DNA from: Paecilomyces variotii
Lineage: Eukaryota
Length of the DNA stretch: 64,000 nt
Reading direction: 5' to 3' (one strand)
NCBI GenBank assembly: GCA_004022145.1
Contig: RCNU01000003.1
The position numbers were made by a program, and so were the translations under genes. The notes beneath the pieces were generated by a model. That model was not told where the DNA came from, searched no databases, and saw only the letters and a list, made by a program, of their open reading frames with translations. Positions 37,760 to 49,531 of the stretch are shown piece after piece (the first letter of the stretch is position 1; the number at the start of each line of letters is the position of its first letter).

Positions 37760-38692
37760 TTAGATTTCAACAGCGGTAGAACTAGCGTTGTGTGGCCTGG
37801 AGTCGACCTCCTGTTCATCCTTGTGCGACATTTCAGCCAGCGTCTTCAGCATCGTCTGGCGTGTGTTGTTGGCGAGACTGTCGACGTCTGCCGGGGTCAA
37901 TCCCTTTGTGCTGATCGGAGGCAGAACTGCGTACGTTAGCAAGTGTTGAAAAGCGCGCGATGTTAACGTAGACACCCTACCTTTAACTTTGATAGTACCG
38001 GAGTTGAATCTCAGGTTTCGAGGGCTCAGAACATGCGAGTAGTTCTCCACCACCACAGGCACAATATCAACCTGAGCCTTGACAGCCAGGTGGAAAGCAC
38101 CCTTCTTAAATGGCAGGAGTTCTGGCTTGTCCGAATAGCTGCGGGTTCCCTCCGGGAAGATAAAGACGCTCTGCTTATGCACCTGCATCTCCTTGGCCGC
38201 ACCATCGAACGCCTTCACTGCCGTCTCGCGGTTGGCGCGGTCAATGAAGACCGTTCCCGACAGAGCCATGAACCATCCCAGGAAAGGTATGTTTTTGAGC
38301 GACTTCTTCGCTGTCACACTGCAGTACGGTGGGAAAATGGCTCCCAGCATGAGGACGTCCAGCTCAGTCTGGTGGTTTCCGATGAACACCGCGGGCCGAG
38401 TTGACAGATATTCTTTTCCTTCAATGATGTCGAATTGCACTCCAGTGGTATAGCGCATCACCCACTTAAAGCTACGCGCGGTAGCCCATTGCGATATCCG
38501 TCCATATCCAGCAACACGGAGAACAATGGAAGCAACGACACCGTAACTAGCGCATACGAGCAGAGAGCCGTAAGAGGCCAAACAGCGAGCTGCGAACCCG
38601 GCATGGGGAATCTTCACGGAAGCAGCGAAAAAGGACAGCGTCACGACGACATACGAGGCAATGCCTGAGACGACGTAGCTTAAGACGGACAT
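37760..38692 (-). CDS. SLC1: 1-acyl-sn-glycerol-3-phosphate acyltransferase
   Basis: NHQTELD (HxxxxD), FIDR, FPEGTRS and PFKKGAF. Intron at 37927-37980. Confidence 0.93.
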   Translation of the reverse strand: MSVLSYVVSGIASYVVVTLSFFAASVKIPHAGFAARCLASYGSLLVCASYGVVASIVLRVAGYGRISQWATARSFKWVMRYTTGVQFDIIEGKEYLSTRPAVFIGNHQTELDVLMLGAIFPPYCSVTAKKSLKNIPFLGWFMALSGTVFIDRANRETAVKAFDGAAKEMQVHKQSVFIFPEGTRSYSDKPELLPFKKGAFHLAVKAQVDIVPVVVENYSHVLSPRNLRFNSGTIKVKGRVSTLTSRAFQHLLTYAVLPPISTKGLTPADVDSLANNTRQTMLKTLAEMSHKDEQEVDSRPHNASSTAVEI

Positions 38693-39818
38693 GGTTGTGG
38701 AGAAAGTAGCGGCACACAAGCGGGGGGGTGTCCTAGATATATCGACGGATGGAGGCAGCCTCGATGGCACAGCGCTCTATGATGTTAATAGAAGATATTT
38801 GTAGAGACTATGGTATCGGGATCTCACTCTATCTGGTGCAGGATGATCCGATGCAAATGAGCCTCTCAGAAAGGACGCTGTTCACAATATCAATACGGGA
38901 ATGTGGAATCAACTCAGAAGACGATCACTGAGCCAGCGGCCATGTCCAATGGATGTGCTCGATAGTGATAGACAGAAGGAGAGACAATAGAGACCAGTCT
39001 TCGCGCGGCAAACCAACCACGGCCAGAGATAAACAGCGCGATCAAGGAAGAGAAGAAGAGTACGGGCCCGACGGCAACTGACGTACACGAATACTTCGTT
39101 CCTGCGCGCCGCGGCTCTTTTTTTCTGCTGGGGCTTCGGTCTTCTGTTGGGCACCGCTCACCGCCTTGGCTTGCTCCAACTCCCCGCAAGCACTTGCTCT
39201 AGAACAAGATGGACGGCCGTGGATTCTCAGGATGAGTTTGGTGCCGTCTTGCAGTTACAAGAGCTAATGTAATAACTACTCGATCACAGGTTGATTATTA
39301 TACTGTCAGCTGGATCGATCATTTCAACTCAATGCCGGGGAATTGAATCTCATGTCTTGCAACCATCCGGTCATACGACCTCACTTAACTCCTGCGCCAA
39401 ACAGGGATGATTGCACATAACCTGAGAATCAACGCGTCAGTACAAATAACAATATCTATTGATGCCAGAGTCGCGCCGCATGATCAGCATTATATTCATG
39501 ATCGAAGCCATGGCCCGGGTATCACCGTCTCCTGCGTGGTTCCAAGCTGACCACGAGAAAGCCAATCCCGCTAAGGTAGTGTACAACAAAGAATCTGCGA
39601 GCGGACTGTCTCCATGTCCGATGTGCCTCTCCAAGTCAAAATATAATCAGGATAACCAACTGCCCGTAACTCCCGCCCATGCTAATGCTCCTCGCTTCCA
39701 CAAACGCCAACCGCCCAATGCAGATGTAAAGTGGAATCCACCCCCTCAACCCGGAGGGCGAAGAAGAAAGTAGAAAAGGTCTGCCTGTAGCAAGGATGAC
39801 CTTAAACTATCCAGTCGC

Positions 39819-42389
39819 CTATGCCATGTCCTCATCGTCCTCTTCATCTTCGTCCAAGGTTTCCATAGCGTCCTTGATGTATTGCGCCGCCTGCCAAGAA
39901 ACATTAGTATATATTTCGCCCACAAGGCATGTTTAACTACTCACCTTGGGATCCAAATTCAAGGCCGTTGTGAAATGCTTGATCGCATTACCCTTATCGT
40001 GCAACATCTTGTAGAGCTTGCCCAGAAGATAATGCACATTAGCCTCATCGGGAGCAATGTCTTTGAGGACCTTCAGCTCCACCAGGGCAAGCTTGAGCTC
40101 CTGAAGTTTCATCAAGGCCCGAGCTTTCCTGAATCGGGCCAACACCGACTGAGGGGCCAGTGATGAAGCACGTCCGTACTGGATCAACGCCGCTTTCGGG
40201 TTGTTCATCTTCTCCAACACCAGACCAATGCAGCAGACCAGGACTGCATTCGTGGGGTTGATGCTCGCTGCGTTGCGGAAGTGTTGTTCCGCGAACTCCA
40301 GTTTGCCCATTTTCTCGTACACCGTACCGAGACCGTACCATGCATTGTAATGTCGATTATCCGCGCTGATACCGTGCCGATATGCGTCTAGCGCCTTGTC
40401 ATATTCCTCGTTGGCAACGTATTCGTGGCCTTGCAAAGTGAACCCATATGCGAACTTGGGGTCTAATTGGGTTGCGCGCTTGAAACACTTCAAAGCTTGG
40501 TCGTGATCACGCTGGTGAGAGAAAGAATTACCCACGGCGCACCATGCTTGCGGTGACAACCGATCAATCTCCATGAGTTCGTGGGCCAAGTACGCCAATT
40601 CCACGTCGTTTTTCAAATGCCATAGGACAGTCGAGTAGATTTCCATATCCTCCAATCGTGATGGTGCAATCGTCTTCACCCGGATGAAGTACTTTTCAGC
40701 CTCGGGATACAACGCTTGCTCGTAGTATGCACGTCCCAGCTGGGAGAGTACCCATGGAGTTTCTCTCTGGCTCTGAGGAAGTGTATTGAAAATCTGAATG
40801 GCCTCCTGGCATTTATAGCGATTCAGAGCGAAATATCCCGTTCCCAGTTTTGAAAAGAGGTCCAAGAGCCAGCCCAGGGCCTCGATTTCTCTCGACCTCT
40901 CGATCGAAGCTGCTCTAGAGGTTCCGCTGCTGGCAGTCCCGTGTGCTGCCGCACCTGACGTATGGTCTCTGCCATTCGTTTCTATTCCATCGCTGGCTGG
41001 TTTTCGATTACCACTCACCACGCGACCAACAGCAGACGTGGTAGCTGTACGACCTTTTGTCCCTGTAGCCTTAACCTTTTTGAGTTCCCTGCTGTCTTTA
41101 GCCCCCAACGCGGTGCTCGATAACTTGCTAGTTGGCCTGATCTGGTTGAAAAGGCGAACACTCCGTCTTTGAGGCGCCCCAGGTTCAGTTGGCTGGGATG
41201 GCGGGTGGGCTACTTGCCCTGAAATCGTCCGTTTTCGTTCTCCCACAGCTAGCGCAGGAGGCTGCTCTCTTTCAATATGAACCGAGCTCTGTTCCTCCGG
41301 TTCCGCCCTTGTTCGAAGTCGAGATTTGACAGTCGTTCTCATTTTTGGTGGAGGATCGGCGGTATAGTCGACTCCCACAGTATGCATCGCTCTATTTCTC
41401 CTCGCGGGTGCCAGAGGAGGCTCCCATGAAGATTCCGTCCCGCCGGCAGCGTGCGCGAAACGATCGTCCGAATCACTTTGAGCTACTGGGGTCTCCGATC
41501 CTTCGGGTATAGACTGCACTCCGGCAGATGCAACACTTACCGTGCTGCCATTTAGCTTTTCCCATAGGGCCGAGCTGCCATATGTAGATGTTGTGGTAAA
41601 AGGATCGATATTAGGGTTGGCATTGGCTTGCGGTTGTAATGCTCCATTTGTGGCTGACCTCTCGAGCGGCGTGGCATCATTGTTCCCCGGTGACGAGAGC
41701 ATAGCTAGTAAATCCGGACTCAATTTGTAAATGTTCGGGACCCGCACGTTGACGCCTAGGGAACATCGATCAGCAACTCGATTGCAGCAATGTAGCAGAC
41801 GTCAGCATCTCACCAGTTTCGCAAAGTCCCAGGAACGCATCCCACATGAAAGGATTCAGCTTCAGGGCTTCCACATAGCACTCGACAGCTTTATTGAGAT
41901 CTCTGTGCGCCTGCCAGAGCTTACCCTGTAGGCAGAGAACCGCCGCCGCATCTGGAAGATGCTGTCTTCGCGTTTCGCTATGCTTATCTATTTCCAAAAA
42001 CGCCCGTTAGCATAGATGCCTATGACACGCCTCCCGCCCTATGGCTGCTTACTCCAGTGGTTCTTTGAAGCCCAGAGTCCTCTACTTCGTTCTAGCGCCG
42101 TGACACCCTCGATATATTTCCCCAGATCCAGACACGCCTGCGCGTAGACGTATGAGCAGCCCACATGTGTCCCTCTCGAACCTGAATTTCGACTGTATTC
42201 GTACGCAGCTTTGGACTGCCCGCTCTGAAGATGGCAGAGGGCCAATAAGTATGACGCTTCCGAAGATCGGGGCTCGTAGGCATGTAATCGACCAGCAAGG
42301 AAGAGTGCGTTTCGAATCAAGTTGTTGTCAAGGTGGTAATATATGAGTTGCCGTAACTGGCTGGATATATGAGCTGTCGAGGGCGACAT
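39819..42389 (-). CDS. bimA: Anaphase-promoting complex TPR subunit (CDC27/Nuc2)
   Basis: N-terminal APC3 domain (NALFLAGRL) and TPRs YSTVLWHLK, AWCAVGNSFS and RHYNAWYGLG. Three introns. Confidence 0.95.
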
Positions 42390-43260
42390 GGTTGCTGCAG
42401 CCTGATTAAGTCTGCGCAGATAACTGAATACAGGGGGGTCCAGAATCCGATTCAGAGGGAGGAGGAAAGCATCGGGCGGTTCGCGCAATCAGAGAATCAA
42501 GGACCCAGTTCTGGCTGTTGTTCGTAAACAGAGGAAGGGACGATGCAGCGTTCAGTGCCCTTTGCGCAACAGCCAGGATGATGATGGTGGTGATTTTATA
42601 TATCGGGAAAAAGTGTTGCAGGTAATCTTTGTCCAGTTTCATTCACTTCAATACCCCTCTCCTGACCAGTGAATCCTTTAGTGGTGGATCCGGCGCTCGG
42701 GGGGATTGCTGTCAGTCAACAACGTCCGGACCACCCGTGACGTCCTTAAACCAGCTAAATCTAGACACAGCCGAATCGCATGTCGACCGTGGGATAAGAA
42801 TGGCGTCCAGGGGAACGAGCGACGAGCGGAGGCACCGATGTAGTGGGCGAGTTGTTAGGTGTGACAGTGGAATTGACCTGAGAGCGGCCGTGATGTTTTG
42901 GAGCAGCAGTTCACGGGAGTGGCTGGTGGAGGCGGTGGCTGCGGCGCCTGTCGTAGTGGGCAACGCCATTCCCTTTGCATGTTAAAGCTTCGGTGTGATA
43001 TTCCGCTCGCAGCTACTCTACTCCATTTCTCGCCAGCCTTTTGCTAAAGTGGTCGCAGATCTCAAACCCCAGGGGAGACCAGTTGCTGTCGATCTTCCCT
43101 TTACGATCTTTACTTACAGTGTTTACTGTTCTGTCCTGGCTCCTGAACCGACACTTTAATAATCTACGCTACCTCAGTCAACTTATCTCCGGACACGATA
43201 CACTTAGCTACACCATCTTACTTCTGATTGGAATTCCCCGCGTCTACGGGGCAAAACAAA

Positions 43261-43841
43261 ATGGCCCAGGTAAGATCTCCATGATAATGACATTATATAA
43301 AATCAGTCCATTGACTCATTCATCACCACAGAAAGCAGCCAAGTCCCTCGCTGCACGCAATACCTCGCTCTTGTTGCGCACACATATCACTACTCTGTCT
43401 CTCCATGCCATATTCCTCCTCCTCCATTGGCTATTCAACCGTCCACGATCGCTCTTGCCTTACTTTATCTTCACGTTCCCTGTTCTCGCCATTGAATTCT
43501 ACCTCGAGCGCCTCGGACGTCCGCGATATAACCCCGTCGATGGTTCCTTGCGCTCTGCTGGTGAGGATCTCGGCGCTTCTGGGCTGACGGAGTACATGTG
43601 GGATGTCCTGTACTGGACCTGGGGTTGTATGGGTGCTGTGTGTATTTTTGGAGATAAGGCATGGTGGTTGTGGGTGGTTGTGCCGCTGTACTCTGTCTGG
43701 CTGGCATGGACCACATTCACCGGCATGAAAAGCGGACTGGCTGGTATGGCGGGAGGCGGGGATACGGGAGTTGCTGCTCCTGAAAGTAAAAGGCAGAAGA
43801 AGATGGAGAAGAGAGGTGGCCAGCGTGTACAGTATAGGTGA
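43261..43841 (+). CDS. SND2: DUF788/TMEM208 ER-targeting protein
   Basis: MAQ|KAAK with intron 43270-43331, GEDLGASGLTEYMWDVLY, and C-terminal SKRQKKMEKR. Confidence 0.88.
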
Positions 43842-44403
43842 TGTATAATATACTTTACGTATCCAAGGCTGTGAATAACCTCGCAATCTAAGATTGTTAG
43901 CTATACGAAATACGATATAAATACTCTTCTGAAAGGATCTGGAAAATAATATATTCCAACTAAATCGAGCACTTTCAATTGGTGGAAAAGTGCAAAAATA
44001 CATGTACAATATACATACATCGGGTGTGATGTAAGGCAGGGGTTATGTGAAAAAGGTTCGAAACCAAGCCGCGAAATGAAAGCGTCGGATACTTTGCGAT
44101 GCAAAATGGGCAAGACAAATGAAAAAAATAAGGAAATAGAAAGAGATGTGCTATGTCGAAGGGAGACGTTTCATCGTGGCAAGTTGTGGAGTGCATGAAT
44201 AGCACCACAAATGTCACAGGTAGAGCTTAGTAACAAAAAGAACTGAAAACATCAGTCTTGCAACGACTCGAAAATGGACTGCCAGATATTCGTCATGATA
44301 TAAAGATAGCATATAGTCACGTCCACAATTCGCGATATTGCGTGGTATGTATATTCCGTATTAGAGTAAGCTATTTGGTATGCAACGGCGAATTGCTCAG
44401 TGT

Positions 44404-47400
44404 TTAGAGCTCGTCCTTCAACTTGCTAGCTGCGCTGCTGACACTGCTTCCAGAGTCCTCCACGACAGATGCAGCCGAGGAGAAAACTTCGGATGCTCCA
44501 TCGGTGGCTTTGGAGGCTAGGCTGGAGAGACGTGCCTGTGCGCTTTCGACTGCAACTGCCAATCGGTTGGTTGCGCTCTCGAGAGCACCTTGCGGTTCAC
44601 CGTATATCTGGGCACTTGCTTTGGATTGGATGCTGGAATAAGCGCTACCAACCGCGGAGCTTGCGTCAGACGCTTTGTCTGCCGCGGCAGATGTTGCAGA
44701 TGCATACGCATCGCTGGCAGCATTGAAGACTGACTCAACTGGGCCAGTCGGAGTACCATACACGGCAGTGCTAAGGGCGCCTTGAGCAGAGACAAATGCA
44801 CCTTCAATAGCCACGCTAGCAGCCTCAAGATACCCTGTCTGAGTGCCGTATATGGCTTCGCTCGCCCCCGAGGATGCGGAATTGTAGATACTAGCCGCAG
44901 CGGATGTTGCTTGCTCATAAGGGCCTTTGCTTGTGCCATAAACATAGACACTGGCAGCGTCAACAGCGGAGTTAAACTGCTCATTTGCAGAATTAATTAT
45001 GTCCTCGACGGCTGGCAATGGCGTCACGTAAGCGGCCGCAACAGACGAAGCAGACTCATAAGCATCGCTCGCATAGCTTGAGGCGGAGGACAATGCAGAA
45101 GCTGGATATGGGGTCTCATACACTGCCTGTAGCTTTCTCATGACGCTCTCGGTGAAGTCGGGTTCTTTTCCGACAACAAGCTCCGAAACCAGACCCTTGA
45201 GAGATTCATACTGGGCTGCTTTTTGATCCAATATCTGCTGGACATAAGGTGTGGGGGTTCCGTAGATCTGTTCACTTGCTCTTGAAATAAGGGTATCCCA
45301 GTTCTCTGACGCTCGGCTGGCGACGGACTCAATACGACCAGTGGGCGTTCCGTAGATGGAAGCGCTTGCAGAAACTGAGACAGACGACAGAGAAGCGGAT
45401 GCCGCCGACAGCGCAGCACTGTATCGCGAGGAGGCGTCTGCAATTATGCTCTGAACATCCTGTCCCTTGGAACTCGCGGCGGAGCTTGCTGATGCTACAA
45501 CTGCCGCAAGGCTAGATGAGGCGAGAGAAGAAGCCTGGCTGTAATGCGACTTGGCATTTTCCAACGCATCCAGGAAGCCGCTCGGGGCTGCCGAAGGAGT
45601 GAGAGTACCGAAAACTGCTTCAGAAGCAGAGGTCACAAATGCCGAGTAGTGGTCATGTGCGAGCCCGACTGCTTCATAGTAGCGGCGTTGAGCATCAAGC
45701 AGGACGGGATTCTGATTAGAGGTTGGAGTGGGAGAAATAGTCGCCTTGACGCTCGCATACTGGGCCGAAGCAAGACTAAGACCCTCTTGCAGCTTGGAGG
45801 ATGCGACAGACGAAATAGACTCCAACGGTCCTGCGGCAGATGAAGTGCCATAGTAAGCGGAAGAAGCCCTAGAGTTCTATTAGCAAGACACATTAGGGAA
45901 AGACAAGTCGAGAGGTCACCTACGCAGAAACAGCCTGGCTATATTTCTCAGATGCGGCACTAACGATGCTTTCCCCTGGACTGGGTGTAGTCCCATAGAG
46001 CACGCTTGAAGCAGCGGACAGAGCACTTGAGTACTGATCGCTGACTACAGACCCAGCATTCTCCTTGACCCCGCGGCTAGAGGGCTCACCAAGCAACGCC
46101 TCGCTAACAACCTTGGTGGCCTCGGCATACCGGTCGCCTGCCTTGCTAGCTAGGTTCTGTAGTTCTTCAGAGAATCTGTGCTGTTCGGAGTCATCATCAA
46201 CAACATCGTTGACGATTCCCTTCCTCCCGGGAATAGACTCAGCTGCAGCCCCTCCCCAAACCCTCGGAGCCGAAGGTTGGTCCTGTGCAGGAGTATCTTC
46301 TTCAGTAGAAGAGCTCTGGGATGTTTCCTCGGCGAGCGATTCATTGGAGCCGTCCAAATTAGGCAGTTCAGAATCAGCTTCTTCGGCGTCCGCTTCTTCG
46401 GCAGCTTGAAGTGGTCTCTGGTTTTCGCTGTTTTGTCGTTGTTCGAAGGAAGACTCGTCTGTAGCAGTTTCATCAGAAACCGTGGATTGAGACACGACTT
46501 GCTCTTCAATATGATCTTCAGTAGCAGAGATTGGCTTCGGGCGAGTGGGAGGCTCCTGTCTTGTATCGAAGTTGTCGCTGACTTCTCGAGCCTCAATCTT
46601 CCATTTGCCAACCTCCTTCAGGCGGGTTAATTCCTTTGCTGCATTTTCTGCAATCGTCATCCCACGAGATAAAATTTCATTTGCCAGGTCTCTGGCTTCT
46701 CCGAGCCTCTCATTTTGCATGCCAATGTCCCTAACCTCGCTGCGCCAGTCCTCGAACTGGGCCTTGAGGGCATGGTATTTGGCCCAGTCCTTGTAGGTGA
46801 CACCGTCCATCCAAGCCCATCTCATACCAATCTCCTGCAGCCCGAGGTCGCGGATACCGTCCAAGATATCAAGAGTTGACTCGACAGCCGCAGATACACG
46901 GCGTGTCAATTCATCATCGAATGAAGATTGCCACTCTCTAAGAGCATGAGCACGGTCCCTTATTGCAACTCCAGCTGACCTGATTTCCTTGAGCAGCTCT
47001 CCCTGGGCATCGTCCTCGATCTTGGGAGTAGCTTCATCTGGTAAGCTTTTCACAATAGCATTAATACGCTCCTTAATATCAGACAGCTGCTGCTCTGATA
47101 CGGCCAGTAGAGCCTCGACCAAGCTATCTCCATGTCTCCTAGAGGCTCCTTCAATCTGGCGGTCGACAATTTCTTTAATGCGCTCCTCTAAGTCGTCGAC
47201 TCCTTTGTCAGCTGCAACGGTGAACTTTTCCTGCCATTTATGAAGATCACTAGCCACTATCGGACGCGCTTCTTCAATCTGCTGCGAAGGGGTTAATTTG
47301 GTCGATTTTTCAGTCGCCGCAAGGTCGTTGGAGCTAGTGGTAGCTGTTGCCGTGGTTGTCTCGATCTTGGAGGACGTGATGCTGCTAGTAGACTTGGGCG

Positions 47401-48412
47401 ATTTATTGACCGAGGAACTGTCATGGAGTCAGAAAATAGAGTAAAGAAGGAGGCCTGTGTTCCTACCTGTCAACTTCAACCTCGTCCACAACCGTTCTCA
47501 ACTTCTTCCCCTCCCGGTAGCTGGCTAGTCTCTCGCCGATTTTGACCAGCTGCGGCTCGACATTTTCTGAGTAGAGACCGGTCACACTGGGCCAGAGCGT
47601 AGTGTTGATAAAGTACACAATGGAAGACCATACCCTGTGCGTGAAGGGCAAGACATTATCCACAAGAATGACCTGACCCGAAGAATATGTCTTGCCAATG
47701 AAAGGTCTCGTCCGGTTGTATGAAGGCAAGACATATACACTGTATAGCTGTCTAACTCTGCCACTAACATCATCGTAATGCGGTTTTATGACCGCTGCTG
47801 CGCGTTTGACATGCGGGCCAACATTAGCTTCATAGATTTCGCTCACGCTTGCCTGGGCAGACCTCAATCGCGGAACGGCTTCAGTCTCCCATCGCTTCTT
47901 GCCGTGTGCCTGAGCTCGCGCGATAGTGGGGGCTCCATATGTGTCATAACCGCTCTTTGCGACCTTTGCGACAGGAGAGTAAACTTGCTCATGCAAGCTG
48001 TTGGCATATGGGCGAACCAAGTCCACATACGGTGCACCATAGATGTCGTAATACGGAAGAACATGAGGCTCAATATGCGATTTGGCTAACGAGTACGGTT
48101 TGCAAACCGCTGGCGATGACTGGTCCAATTCTGAAGGATTTGAAGGGCAGCGGAAAAACGGCGTGAGCAACGCGTACCAGATACATAATCTGCAAAGGAT
48201 TCACACAAAGTCAGCAAGTCTTCGCGTGTGAAAAGAAAATGAATAAAATAGAATATATAAATAAGAATTTTCCTGCTCACAACTCACCTTGCGACGAGCC
48301 CAAATGTCCATTTTACAAAGCCTTGTTTGCGTTTTGACTCCTTGGAGCTCTGGACGCGTCCACCGAGCCTGTTGTTTGACTCGGGAACGTGTCCATTTTG
48401 GACACCCGCCAT
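44404..48412 (-). CDS. SHE10-like membrane-anchored protein with Ser/Ala-rich repeats and C-terminal KDEL
   Basis: N-terminal TM then FFRCPS..VCKPY, GMRWAWMDGVTYKDWAKYHALK, and repeated YGT(P/S) units. Ends KDEL*. Three introns. Confidence 0.75.
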
Positions 48413-49531
48413 CGTGAATTAACCCAAGAATCTGACACTCGCTCTCAATTCAGGCGTCTGAGGTGCTGTGAATATAGTTGTTCAGATTTTAGATCCGTTC
48501 CTCGAACAATCCGACGCACAGCGTCAAGCGGATCGTGGGGGAGCTGCCCCGAACTGAGGTCGCGGAACAGCAAAACAGACCGATGCCAAGTGTCGAAATT
48601 GAGAATGTCCAATATCACGATTGTTATTGTACCTAGAGTTGCGAAGGTTGCAAGATGGCACTGTTGGGTGGGACGCTCGCAATAACCCTGGCAAACTTGG
48701 CGCAATGGGGTTCTCGAGGGAGCTGAAGTTGCTGGCGCGGCTGGTATCCCGCGTTTCTTGATGGCTTCACAGAATAGAAAAGTAGGCGGCAGTCAGATAT
48801 CCTATAATGCAGGCTTTTAAGAACAAGGGGAGGGGCAGAAAAGGGAGAGATGTCAAGTTGCCTTAGAAGGGACCTATCTACTGTGTTCGTTAACCCTTTC
48901 TCTGCGACAAGATCTGTATCACACCATCCTGAATTGATACACTTGTTTGCGGCCTCGGCGGTGAGATCATAGCTTCAGCGTGGCGGGCCTGTTTTGTTAC
49001 GATACCTTACGTATCCAGACTCGATCTGCCGCCAAGTTCGCGTGCTCTGGAACCATGTGCCATGTAATATACCGTAATATCACGTGTCTGGCGCGATAAA
49101 CTGGAGGGGCCGTGCGTCTGTCGTTATGATTAGTCATCGTATCCAGAGAAGGAAGGTGCTGGGGCTTCTCTTTCGGGAGCTTTACTGCCCCCATACACGA
49201 CTTGCCACATCGACCTCTTCATATACGTTTGGCCAGCAAGTTCGTCTAAGTTTCATCTCACAGCCGGGATATAAACCAAACCACGTTTGAGATTGTCTTT
49301 GAGATCTTCACTACCGCTGTGGACTGGGCTGCTTTGTGGGTTCTCTGCTCCGAGTGAGCTCCGCAAACGGTCTCATCAATGAGATCTGACATTGCCCAAC
49401 TATTACTTATATAATTTGACAGACAGCAGAGCGCTTCCTGAGCCGTCGTTGACACCTCAAGGTCGCCAAAATACGATGATCTCCTGTTGACTGAAAAGAT
49501 CAGATCTACAGAAACTGATCCCAGATGGACC

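Noticed and set aside
42882-43090. GC-rich foldable segment between bimA and SND2 (GAGCGG/CCGCTC, GGGAGTGGC/GCCATTCCC, U2/U5-like GCCTTTTGCTAAAG)
   Set aside because: Helices are 10 bp or shorter in GC-rich DNA and the diagnostic snRNA/snoRNA boxes are missing. GCTAA..CAG is more simply a 5'-UTR intron end.
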